Assembly (NCBI GenBank): GCA_963762255.1
Contig: CAVXKA010000001.1
Coordinates: forward strand, 96,001-160,000
Reading direction: 5' to 3'
Length of the DNA: 64,000 bases
From: Candidatus Eiseniibacteriota bacterium
GTDB lineage: Bacteria; Eisenbacteria; RBG-16-71-46; JABDJR01
In this document: one piece after another, positions 53,283 through 62,700 of the stretch
How positions within the stretch are numbered: position 1 is the first letter of the stretch
Layout: the number at the start of each line of letters is the position of its first letter
Notes under the pieces: generated by a model
The model's input: only the letters and a program-made list of their open reading frames with translations
What the model was told of the DNA's origin: nothing
The model's database searches: none
Program-made: the position numbers and the translations under genes

Positions 53283-54745
53283 AGACGGCTACGCTGGACG
53301 CAGAACTTACGGCCATCGTCGAGAGATGGCGGACCGCAGACCGAAGAGAACAGGACATCATATATGCGAAAGAATTCGCTCCGGGATTCGTGCCTCTCTT
53401 CGCCCAACTTCCTCTGGCGGGAGCCCCGGAATCACTTGGGCGGCCAAAGGGCTTGGTCAGCGTACTTGGTCTATCGTGGCAGCCGGCAGCCTTGATGTCG
53501 GCATGGGCGCATCCAGAGCGGCTATTGGTCCTGGGGACCAAGGAGTCGTTCGCGGTCGAGGTCGCCGGGCGCCACGTCTTGGAGCTGATCCTTCAGTTCT
53601 CCGGTCTGTCGGCCGCAATGGTGGAGCATCGTGCGTTGGAGAGCGACGACGAGGCCGGAATCTACCGTGAAGTTCGCCAGTTCCTGGATCGCCACGGATA
53701 CCGGCCGCGCGAGGTATTCATCGACCCAACCGGTGGAAAGAAGTCGATGTCCGCCGCCGCCAGCCTCGCCGGGTACCTCAGCGGTTCCCCTCTGGTCTAC
53801 GTGGACTACGCCCAATACCAGGAACGAAATCGCATCCCGCTCGCGGGGTCGGAGTTCCCGCGACTGCTGGCGAACCCACTCGATGTCTTCGGCGACATTG
53901 AGAAGGGCCGAGTGTTCGACGCGTTCGATTCCGGTCACTTCGATGAGGCAGAGATCCGCGCCACCGAGTTGGCGGGGCACCTGTACGAACCTCGTCCTGC
54001 GGAGACGCTAGCCCGCGCGGCTGCGGGCTACGGCGCATGGGATGCGTTTCGTTTTCGCGATGCCCTGGCAACACTCAGAGAGGTGCAGGCATTGCTGTCG
54101 AAGCACGACCCCCAAGACCGATGGCACGAAGTCCAGGATATCCGGGAATTACTGCCCGCTCATCTCCAGCACCTGGAGGCGGTCTGTGCCGGCGGCGATA
54201 CGCCGGAGACTTGGCAGGCAGGACGGTGCGTTCTATTGAATCATCTTGCCGCGGCACGCCGCGCCCTGGCCTGGAAGCGGACGAGCGTCGCCGTACTCCT
54301 GCTCTACGCCACCATTGAACGGATGTTGAACCTCTACCTGCGAGCACACTTCGGGATGCGGATGGAGCAGCCGGACTTCACGGCGGTAGACGCGCTCATA
54401 GATCGCGCCGAGTATGAGAAGGCCGGAGCGCTTCTGGGGGAGTCATCTGCATGGCCTCCCCATGAGGGGCCTTTGATGTTCGCGAGTGGGTTGCGCCTTC
54501 TTGCCGGGTTGCGACCCGGCTTGCTGAGCGATAGCGACTTGAAGACGCTCCGGGATCTTGGCAATGTTCGCAATACCTGTGAGTTCGAACACGGTTTCAT
54601 GCCCCGGCCGCCTGACCGCAAACGTGTGGATGATCTCGCGAAGCGGGTTACTCGAATTCTGGAGCACGTCGACGACGCGTGGGGCGGTGAGGATGAACTG
54701 GCAAGATTGCGATTTCCGAGGCTTGTGCCCGGAGGGGCTTCGTAA
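53279..54745 (+). CDS. CARF-HEPN ribonuclease (Csm6/Csx1, TIGR02710-like)
   Basis: LVSVLGLS, IDPTGGKKSMS, RNTCEFEHG (R-X6-H); ATG overlaps the cas6 stop. Confidence 0.85.
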   Translation: MKTATLDAELTAIVERWRTADRREQDIIYAKEFAPGFVPLFAQLPLAGAPESLGRPKGLVSVLGLSWQPAALMSAWAHPERLLVLGTKESFAVEVAGRHVLELILQFSGLSAAMVEHRALESDDEAGIYREVRQFLDRHGYRPREVFIDPTGGKKSMSAAASLAGYLSGSPLVYVDYAQYQERNRIPLAGSEFPRLLANPLDVFGDIEKGRVFDAFDSGHFDEAEIRATELAGHLYEPRPAETLARAAAGYGAWDAFRFRDALATLREVQALLSKHDPQDRWHEVQDIRELLPAHLQHLEAVCAGGDTPETWQAGRCVLLNHLAAARRALAWKRTSVAVLLLYATIERMLNLYLRAHFGMRMEQPDFTAVDALIDRAEYEKAGALLGESSAWPPHEGPLMFASGLRLLAGLRPGLLSDSDLKTLRDLGNVRNTCEFEHGFMPRPPDRKRVDDLAKRVTRILEHVDDAWGGEDELARLRFPRLVPGGAS

Positions 54746-54918
54746 CAAGGCTTTCAGGAAAGCGCGCCTTCCTTCTGTCCGGCGTGTACCCCGGCGCGGC
54801 AGAACACCACGGGTGCGTAATCCCAGGTCTGCCGTCCGGCACACCATGACCCCACGCTAACGTCCCCACGCGGCAGCCGCGAGCCAGGATCCGAGAGAGG
54901 GGGAAGGCGTGATCAAGA

Positions 54919-55917
54919 GCCTCAATCCCCACTTCTTGGGGCGGTAATAGCAAGGACCGATCAAGTCGGGCGCTACCAGCTCGCATCTCAACCGTTCTCA
55001 ATCCCCACGTCTCGGGGCAGTAATCGCAAGGCTCGACCTCTGCATTACCGCCGAGTACTACCGAGAGTCTCAATCCCCACGGCTCGGGGCAGTAATCCCA
55101 AGTCGTCGTCACCTCAGTGGCGAAGACTTGTTTCCGGGTGTCTTAATCCCCACGTCTCGGGGCAGTTATCGCAAGTTGAAACCGGGGCACATCATCCAGG
55201 TCTCGAATGACATGTCTCAATCCCCACGTCTCGGGGCAGCTATCGCAAGCAGCGCGACGCTCGGCTTCATGGACAACACGCCGCGGGCGTCTCAATCCCC
55301 ACGCCTCGGGGCAGTAATCGCAAGGCCGCCGCGATGGTCGCCATCCAGTTCGCGGAGTCGATGTCTCAATCCCCACGTCTCCGGGCAGTAATCGCAAGTC
55401 TCCAGCGGTGACACGACCGATGGGACGCTTCGCTTGTCTCAATCCCCACGTCTCGGGGCAGTAATCGCGAGTCTGATTTCCATCGGCCTGTGCGCCTGCG
55501 CCGACAAGGTCTCAATCCCCACGTCTCGGGGCAGTAATCGCAAGTGGTTCCCCCTTCCGGGTTGGGACCGAATCCTAGCCCATCAAATGCAAGTCCCACC
55601 GGACTAAGAATCGGGGGGCATGTCAGCTTCGCCGAAGCGGCCTAATCCCACCCTGGGGATCAAGTCTCAATCCCCACGTCTCGGGGCAGTAATCGCAAGT
55701 ACATCAAGCAGAGAGTGTGTATCAAGTGGTAGGTGGTCTCAATCCCCACGTCTCGGGGCAGTAATCGCAAGCCTTTGTCACGTGGAAGACTGGGAACTCG
55801 CTCGTTAGGTCTCAATCCCCACGTCTCGGGGCAGGAATCGCAAGTCGCGCGGCCATCCGCGCCAAGATGGAGGGGGAATGAGTCTCAATCCCCACGTCTC
55901 GGGGCAGTAATCGCAAG
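54919..55917 (-). CRISPR. CRISPR array 2: 13 repeats, 12 spacers
   Basis: Repeat GTCTCAATCCCCACGTCTCGGGGCAGTAATCGCAAG with many single-base variants; one 119-nt spacer. Confidence 0.98.
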
Positions 55918-56040
55918 TCTACCGCTGTAACCTCTTATCCTGCAAGGACTCTGGGGCTGATTTCCGCCGACTTCGACGGTGCGAGCCCCACCTCCATGGC
56001 GCACTTGAAGTGGCAAGCCATGACCTCTTCTTTCACAAGC
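55918..56040 (-). promoter_or_regulatory. CRISPR leader 2
   Basis: Aligns with leader 1 (GTAACC-CTT, CAAGG-CTCTG, TTTCCGCCGAC-TCG, TGGCGCA, ACCTCTT-T-TCACAA). Confidence 0.8.
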
Positions 56041-56599
56041 CCCGCCAGCCGCGGCCCGTCTGACGCGCCGTAACGTTGGACTTCCCCATCCATTCCGATG
56101 ATTGACAACTCCACGCCCTCGCGACACCGGCGGGCGGCGGGTGGGCTTGCAGAACCTCTCCACGTCCGATTCTGTCTGGGGGAGGTCACACTGAGAATAG
56201 GAGCCGATCATCGCGAAACCGTCTGGGCGCATGCGGAGCCTGTCGGCAAGAGCATGACACATGGCGGTTCGCCGCCAACACGATCCACGCGCAGCTCAAC
56301 CGACTCCGGGCCGCGGACCCGGCGATGGGGCCGCTGATCACGGACCTGTGGCGCATGGTCAAGCGAGGCATGGATGCCGCTTGGCGCGAGAAGCTGGGAC
56401 GCTACGTCTCATTCCTGAGCCCCCCGCAAAGATCTTGTCATGCTCGCAGCGCTGTCCTATGGTCGGGCTCGACCCTCACAGGAGGTTATGTGGTGAGCAC
56501 ACCCCTCGCCCCTGTCCTGGATCGCGAGCGCGCCCTTGCCTCGGCGACCGCGCCACTCGTCGCGCTCGCAGTGTTCATCGGAACGCTCTCCTCCCCTTC

Positions 56600-57070
56600 G
56601 AAGCCGGGGACACGCTCACCATCGTGCAGCGATCGAGAATCGAGCCGACCGAGTGCCGCAAGGGAAGCAAGATCATCTGGACTTGGCGTGCCGGACCCGT
56701 TGTCCCCCCGGAGCCGGAGGACCTGGCGCCTCCTCCCGAGGATTTGATCCCGACCATCAGCGTCGGGCTGAACCGCATTGCGTGGGGCCCCTCGGCGACG
56801 TGGGAGGAGCCTGCGACCAGCTATTGGAGCAAACTTGCCGAGACCACATTCGAGGGTGTCGATGAGACGATCACTTCGGATCGTGACGAGAGCGGGCTGC
56901 CGGCGTTCGAGCGCGTCTTGGCCCGCGTGCAGGCCAACGTCCGGTACGTGGCCGTCGAGCTCGGCAAGGGAGGCAAGATCCCGCACGCCGCCGACGACCG
57001 ATTGCGTGATCTGCTGGCCCTCTGCAAGGCATGGCAGGAGTCCCGGAACAGCGCAGCGATCGTGGAGTAG
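56600..57070 (+). pseudogene. Fragment of a DUF3857/transglutaminase-type protein
   Basis: VQANVRYVAVELGKGGKIPHAAD matches the pre-catalytic segment, but GDCKD is absent and there is no clean start; left boundary approximate. Confidence 0.5.
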
Positions 57071-57089
57071 GGCCGGCGAGCCGGTCTGC

Positions 57090-58271
57090 TCAGTCGGTCC
57101 GAACTCGCTGGTAGGCTTCGCGAAACGGAATCCCCTCTTCCTGCACCAGGCGGTACGCGCATTCCGCCGCGCGCAGCGAGGGATCCATAGCTTCACTCAG
57201 GCGCGCCGCCTCGAACCGGATGCCGGGGATCGCATGCGCGAACATGTGCGCGGTCGCGCTCACCGAGTCGAAACCCCGGAATAGCGGCTTCTTGATGAGC
57301 TGGAGATCGCGATGGTAGCCCGACGGCATCTTGGCGGTGATGTCGAGCACCTCGTGGAGCGCGGCGAACGCTTCCGCGGTACGCCCGCGCGCGAGCTCGA
57401 AGAGGTCCGGGTTTCGCTTCTGCGGGAGCATGGATGACCCCGTGGTGAATTCGTGAGGCAACACGACGAATCCGAACTCCGCCGTGGCGAAGAGACAGAG
57501 ATCCGCGGCGAGCCTTCCGAAATCCTGCGCGAGCAACGCGGCTTCGAAGAGCGCGGATGCCTCCGCTTTTCCCCGCGAAAGCTGAACGGCGGTCACAGGC
57601 TCGTGCGTCTCCGCGAAACCGAGGCCGTGAGTCGTGTGTTCGCGATCGAGCGCGAGCACCGGCACGCCATAACCCGCCGCAGAGCCGAGCGGGTTCTTGT
57701 CCGCGCGCCGCCGCGCGGCGCGCAGGCCTTCGGCGTCGTCTTCGATTTCGGACGCGAATGCATCGGCCCACAGCGCGACGGTAGAAGGCATGGCGCGCTG
57801 CAGGTGCGTGTAGCCGGGCATGGCAAGATGCCCCTCGCGCGCGGCGAGATCGTGGAGCGCCGCGGTCACGGCGTCGGCTTCCTCCGCGAGTGCGTCGAGC
57901 GCGTCCTTGAGCCAGAGCCGTAGCGCCGCCAGTACCTGATCGTTGCGCGAGCGCCCGAGATGAATGCGCTGTCCCGCTTCGCCGACCGCCGCCACCAGAC
58001 GATTCTCGATTGCGGTGTGGCAATCCTCTTCTTCGAGCGAGACCCGCCACGCGCCGCGCACGTGGGATTCGGCGACGGCGGTGAGCGCAACGTCGAGCGC
58101 GGTGAAATCCTCCGCGGAGAGATAACCGCACGCGCGCAGCATCGCCGCATGAGCGCGGGACGCGCGCACATCGTAGCCGACGAGCCGGTCATCGAGCACA
58201 TGATCCTCGCCCGCGGTGTAGTTGAGCACGAACCGGTCGAGCGGCTCGCCGCGGTCCCAGAGACGGGTCAT
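57090..58271 (-). CDS. argH: Argininosuccinate lyase (short form)
   Basis: HLGRSRNDQV, MPGYTHLQRA, TTGSSMLPQKRNPD. Confidence 0.95.
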   Translation of the reverse strand: MTRLWDRGEPLDRFVLNYTAGEDHVLDDRLVGYDVRASRAHAAMLRACGYLSAEDFTALDVALTAVAESHVRGAWRVSLEEEDCHTAIENRLVAAVGEAGQRIHLGRSRNDQVLAALRLWLKDALDALAEEADAVTAALHDLAAREGHLAMPGYTHLQRAMPSTVALWADAFASEIEDDAEGLRAARRRADKNPLGSAAGYGVPVLALDREHTTHGLGFAETHEPVTAVQLSRGKAEASALFEAALLAQDFGRLAADLCLFATAEFGFVVLPHEFTTGSSMLPQKRNPDLFELARGRTAEAFAALHEVLDITAKMPSGYHRDLQLIKKPLFRGFDSVSATAHMFAHAIPGIRFEAARLSEAMDPSLRAAECAYRLVQEEGIPFREAYQRVRTD

Positions 58272-59455
58272 GACGGGGCTCCTTTGCTCACCGGAGAAGC
58301 GGCATTGATCAGGGCGTCGGGCGCTGCGGCGGAAATCCGCCCGGCGCATTCGCGCACCGCGCGCTCGTAGAAGCGCGCGCCCTCCACGATCTCGCTTTCG
58401 AGAACATACTCGTCCGGCGTGTGGGAGCGCTCGGTGCGGCCCGGCCCGACCTTGATGCCGGGAATGCCGCGGAAGAACACCAGGTCGGAGAGGCCTCGCG
58501 ATCCGAAGAGCTTTGCTTGAGGGCGGGCCACGCGCGCCGCCTCCACCAACGGATGCCCGGCGTCTATCGCGCAGGGGTGAAGGCGGTCGCTCAAGACGCG
58601 CAGCTCGCCTTCAATGACAGTGCGCAACACGGCGAGCACCTCCGCCACGCCGGGCTCTGGGTTCACCCGCACGTCGAGCACGCAGCTCGCCTCGCCCGGC
58701 ACCATGTTGCGCGCCGCACCGCCCTGAATCACGGTCGGCTCCACGGTAACGGGGCCGAGATCGGGATGCGCGGGGCCCAGGTCGACCGCGCTTAACGCAA
58801 CCAGATCCCGCGCCAGCGCGTGGATCGCGCTCGTGGCGCCCAACGCGCGGCCGTGCGCTGCGTGGCAGCCTTGTCCGTGAGCGACCAGTTCCAACACGAG
58901 AAGCCCCTTTTGAGCGATGGCGATGTCGAGGCCGGTCGGCTCGCCCACGATCACCGCGTCGGGCGTGAGGCCGCGACGCGCGAGTTCGGCGACGAGAGCC
59001 TCGGCGCCCTTGCCGCCGGTTTCTTCCTCGGAGGTCAACGCGAGCAGGAGCCGCAGACCGGGAGCGGCCTCGCGCGCACCGGCTGCGCGCCCGCCGCTCA
59101 CGCGATCGCGTAGTCTCAGGAACGCGGCGATCATGGTCGCTACGGAAGCCTTGGCATCGTTGCTCCCGAGCCCGTAGACGCGCCCCTCCTCGACCGTTAC
59201 GTCGTGCGGTGCGCGCGTCCACGCCGGGGTCGGCGGCACCGTGTCGAGGTGCGAGCAGAGGCAGACGGTCGGGCCGCTGCTATGCGTCGTCATGCCGTCC
59301 CACACCGCGAAGAGGCTGTTGCCGTATCGCTCCGCTACCACCCCACGCGCGCTCAACCACTCGACGAGGTACGCGCACAGCGCATCCTCGTCGCGCGACA
59401 CCGACGGGATCGCGACGATCTTGCGATGGAGCGCGAGCAGCTCGGCGTCGGTCAC
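58268..59455 (-). CDS. argE: M20 acetylornithine/acetylcitrulline deacetylase
   Basis: SHLDTV, GLGSNDAK, SEEETGG, GEPT, SHTPDE; arg operon context. Confidence 0.88.
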   Translation of the reverse strand: MTDAELLALHRKIVAIPSVSRDEDALCAYLVEWLSARGVVAERYGNSLFAVWDGMTTHSSGPTVCLCSHLDTVPPTPAWTRAPHDVTVEEGRVYGLGSNDAKASVATMIAAFLRLRDRVSGGRAAGAREAAPGLRLLLALTSEEETGGKGAEALVAELARRGLTPDAVIVGEPTGLDIAIAQKGLLVLELVAHGQGCHAAHGRALGATSAIHALARDLVALSAVDLGPAHPDLGPVTVEPTVIQGGAARNMVPGEASCVLDVRVNPEPGVAEVLAVLRTVIEGELRVLSDRLHPCAIDAGHPLVEAARVARPQAKLFGSRGLSDLVFFRGIPGIKVGPGRTERSHTPDEYVLESEIVEGARFYERAVRECAGRISAAAPDALINAASPVSKGAPS

Positions 59456-60438
59456 CGCACCGCACTCCTCGCGCCCGTCGCATCGACCGGCGCGGTCGTC
59501 TCCGTCACCGCCCCCTGCTCCGACGGCGCAAGATCGGCCATGTCCCGCACGATCAACGTGCCGGATCCCTCGTTGGTGAACACCTCCAGAAGGAGACTTC
59601 CCCGCTGCTTGTGTCCCACCACATGCACGCGACGGACGCCGCCCGAAAGCGCCGAGCGCGCGGCGTCGGTCTTGGGAAGCATGCCGCCGTCGAGCGTGCC
59701 TCGCGCCTCCATCGCCGCGAGCGTCTCGAAATCCAGAATGCTCACGAGCGACATCGGCACGCTCTTGTCCTCGAGGATCCCCGGCGTGTCGGTGAGGAAG
59801 ATGAGCTTCTCGGCGGCAAGCGCCGAGGCCACCGCGGCCGCCACCGTGTCCGCGTTGATGTTGAGCACGCGTCCCGTGTCGTCGGCGGCCAACGGGCTCA
59901 TCACGGGAACGAAACCGGCGTCGAGCAGGCGGTCCAGGGCCCCGCGATCCACCGACACGATGTCCCCCACCTCACCGTAGTCGATCGCCACCGGGCCGTG
60001 TCCGAGGTCCTTCATGACCGGCGGACGAATCCGCGCGCGCACGATCCCCGCGTCCACCCCGGACACCCCCACCGCGGCAATGTGCGCCGCGCGGCAGGCT
60101 GCGAGGATCGCGGTGTTGACGGTGCCGTTCAAGGTCATCACCGCGGCCTGCAAGGTTGCCGGATCGGTGACGCGCCGCCCGTCGACCTTGCGCGTCTCGA
60201 TGCCCAACCGTTCGGCCAGGGCCGTGATTTGCGGACCGCCGCCGTGAACGAGCGCCACCCGGATGCCGAACTCGGTCAAGACCGAGACCTGCTCGGCGAT
60301 CCGCGCGAGCGCGGCGGCATCCGTGCAGGTCGAACCCCCGAGCTTGATCACGAACGTCTTACCCTTGTAGAGGCGCACGTACGGAAGCGCGCCGGTCAGC
60401 GCGGCAAGCGTGGCCTCGCGATCGTGAGCGCCCGTCAT
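59452..60438 (-). CDS. argB: Acetylglutamate kinase
   Basis: VIKLGG, VHGGGPQ, GRRVTD, NINAD, GGMLPK. Confidence 0.95.
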   Translation of the reverse strand: MTGAHDREATLAALTGALPYVRLYKGKTFVIKLGGSTCTDAAALARIAEQVSVLTEFGIRVALVHGGGPQITALAERLGIETRKVDGRRVTDPATLQAAVMTLNGTVNTAILAACRAAHIAAVGVSGVDAGIVRARIRPPVMKDLGHGPVAIDYGEVGDIVSVDRGALDRLLDAGFVPVMSPLAADDTGRVLNINADTVAAAVASALAAEKLIFLTDTPGILEDKSVPMSLVSILDFETLAAMEARGTLDGGMLPKTDAARSALSGGVRRVHVVGHKQRGSLLLEVFTNEGSGTLIVRDMADLAPSEQGAVTETTAPVDATGARSAVR

Positions 60439-61484
60439 CGTCCCGCCTCCGCAAGCGCGCTCTTGAAGACCCGCACGCCTACCGGACCCGAGAGCATCTC
60501 CTCGAGCAACGCCTTCTGTCCGTGAAGCCGGTTGCCGGCCTGGCGCACGACGACGCTGCGCGGGCCGTCGAGCACCTCGTCGGAGACCTTGACGTTGCGT
60601 CGCACGGGAAGGCAGTGCATGAACTTCGCGTTCGGCCGCGCGGAGGCGAACCACGACTCGCTTACGCACCAATCGCGGAGAGTTGCGCGCATCGGTGCCT
60701 CATCCGCGGGACGCCCGTAGTGCTCGCGAGCCGCCCACGACTTTGCATAGATCACATGCGCGCCGTCCATGGCGGCGGCGCGATCGGAGGTCTCGGCGAT
60801 CGAGCCTCCCGAACGCGCGGCCAACCCACGCGCCTTGGCCATGATCGGCTCGGGCAGCGCATAGCCCTCGGGGCGCAGCACCGTCACCTGCATACCGCGC
60901 CGCGCCGCCATGGCCAGGGCCGAAGCGGGCACCGCGTAAGGCAGCGGCTTCGGGTGGTACGCCCACGAGAGAACGAACTTCCCCCCTGAGCGCGGAATAT
61001 CGAGATCCTCGAGCGTCTTCCAGTCGGCCAGCGCCTGACACGGATGCGAGACCGCAGATTCGAGGTTGATGAACGGCACCGGCGAGAGATCGGCCATGAG
61101 CTTGATGAGGCCGTCGGCGAGATCCTCCTCCAGGTCCTTCCCCTTGGCGAAGCAGCGCACGCCGAGCGCGCTTGCATACTCGGCCAGCACCGGGATCGCC
61201 TCGCGCACGTGCTCCACCGCGTCTCCGTCCATGACCGTGCCGTCGCGCGTCTCCAACGTCCACGATCCCTGGCCGGGGATGATGGTGAAGCTCGTGCCGC
61301 CTAGCTGCGCGATCCCCGCTTCCATCGAAGCCAGCGTTCGCAGCGACGGGTTCATGAAGAGAAGCCCGACCGTGTTGCCGCGAAGGGAGTGGTTGTAGGG
61401 GGCGTGTTCCAGCTCGCGCGCGCGTCGCAGCACCGCTTCGAGGCGGTCGTCGGAAAGGTCGTCGAGTTCGAGAAAACGGTTCAT
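60435..61484 (-). CDS. argF: N-acetylornithine carbamoyltransferase (ArgF')
   Basis: NPSLRT, HPCQALAD, WAYHPKPL, HCLPVRRN. Confidence 0.9.
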   Translation of the reverse strand: MNRFLELDDLSDDRLEAVLRRARELEHAPYNHSLRGNTVGLLFMNPSLRTLASMEAGIAQLGGTSFTIIPGQGSWTLETRDGTVMDGDAVEHVREAIPVLAEYASALGVRCFAKGKDLEEDLADGLIKLMADLSPVPFINLESAVSHPCQALADWKTLEDLDIPRSGGKFVLSWAYHPKPLPYAVPASALAMAARRGMQVTVLRPEGYALPEPIMAKARGLAARSGGSIAETSDRAAAMDGAHVIYAKSWAAREHYGRPADEAPMRATLRDWCVSESWFASARPNAKFMHCLPVRRNVKVSDEVLDGPRSVVVRQAGNRLHGQKALLEEMLSGPVGVRVFKSALAEAGR

Positions 61485-61531
61485 ATTGAAAGTCTCCTTG
61501 AGAACGGTGGCGGCCGGGATGCGACCGCGAC

Positions 61532-62698
61532 TCAGGCTTCGATGTCTCGAAGCGCGGCGACGAGAAGGTCTACGTGTTGGTCTTCGAGCACGAGCGGCGG
61601 AAGCAGGCGCACGACATGCGGGTCCGCGCTTCCCCCGGCGAGGATCCCATGGTCGAGAAGCGCCGCGAGCACCGTCCTGGCCGGTGGTAGCGTGCGGAGC
61701 CCGAGAAGGAAACCCATGCCTTGCACGTCGGTGACCGCCCCGATCACGCACTCCTCGCGGAGCCGGGCCGAGAGCCGCCGCACGTTCGCAAGCAACCCGT
61801 CCTCTTCGATCGCGTCGATGACCGCGGTCACCATGGCCATCGCAAGCGGGCCGCCGCCGAAGGTCGTGCCGAGCGCTCCGCGCGGCACGCTCGAGGCGAG
61901 TTCCTCGCCGAGGAGCACCGCGCCCACCGGGAACCCGCCGCCCAACCCCTTGGCGGTGGTGAGAAGGTCGGGTGTGATCCCGTGCGCCTGTGCCGCGAAC
62001 GGGTGTCCTGTGCGCCCCATGCCGCACTGCACCTCGTCGAAGATGAGTAGAGCCCCGGAAGCGCGCGTGACGGCGCGGGCGTGCTCCAGAAACGCAAGCG
62101 ACAATGCCCGCGCGCCGGCCACACCCTGCACCGGCTCCACGATCACCGCGGCTACATCGGAACCCATTGCGCGCTCGAGCGCGTCCGCGTCGTCGAACGG
62201 AACGAAGGTGACCGGAAACGGCGTCTGCGGAAACCCATACCAGCCCGCGCTTCCCGTGGTGAGCGCCGCGGCCGCGGCCGTGCGGCCGTGAAAGGCGCCC
62301 TCCACAGCGACCACGCGAGTTCGGCGCGTGGCCAGGAATGCGATGCGCAACGCGTTTTCGTTGGCTTCCGCCCCCGAGTTCACGAAGAAGGCGCGGGTGA
62401 ATCCCGCCGGACCGAATCCCACCAACCGCGCCGCCGCGCGCTCGCGCACCGCCAACGGCACCGCGTTGCTCTGGAAGAAGAGCGTTCTCGCCTGTTCGTG
62501 GAGCGCATGCACCAGTCGGGGATGCCCATAGCCGAGGAGCGCCACCGCGTGGCCACCGTAGAAGTCGAGCACGCGCGTGCCGTCTTCTGTGACGAGGAAG
62601 ACGCCCTCGCCGCGCGCCGCGCGGAGATCGACAGGCGCATAGACATCGAGCAAGGCGGTTGCGGGCGCGGTCGCGTTGGAGAAACGGGTGGCGGCCAC
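61532..62698 (-). CDS. argD: Acetylornithine aminotransferase
   Basis: NSGAEANE, FHGRT, DEVQCGMGRTG, AKGLGGG. Confidence 0.92.
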   Translation of the reverse strand: MAATRFSNATAPATALLDVYAPVDLRAARGEGVFLVTEDGTRVLDFYGGHAVALLGYGHPRLVHALHEQARTLFFQSNAVPLAVRERAAARLVGFGPAGFTRAFFVNSGAEANENALRIAFLATRRTRVVAVEGAFHGRTAAAAALTTGSAGWYGFPQTPFPVTFVPFDDADALERAMGSDVAAVIVEPVQGVAGARALSLAFLEHARAVTRASGALLIFDEVQCGMGRTGHPFAAQAHGITPDLLTTAKGLGGGFPVGAVLLGEELASSVPRGALGTTFGGGPLAMAMVTAVIDAIEEDGLLANVRRLSARLREECVIGAVTDVQGMGFLLGLRTLPPARTVLAALLDHGILAGGSADPHVVRLLPPLVLEDQHVDLLVAALRDIEA

Positions 62699-62700
62699 GA

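Noticed and set aside
55545-55663. tRNA, SRP RNA or hammerhead identity for the long spacer
   Set aside because: No T-loop or cloverleaf, no SRP domain IV motif, no CTGANGA/GAAA core seen
45763-55917. Self-targeting spacers within the window
   Set aside because: None noticed by eye; an exhaustive alignment was not possible
56098-56747. Short ORFs right of leader 2
   Set aside because: Overlapping frames without clear starts or motifs; probably decayed sequence
23960-57080. GGCCGGCG near both island edges as att sites
   Set aside because: An 8-bp GC-only match is expected by chance; no integrase
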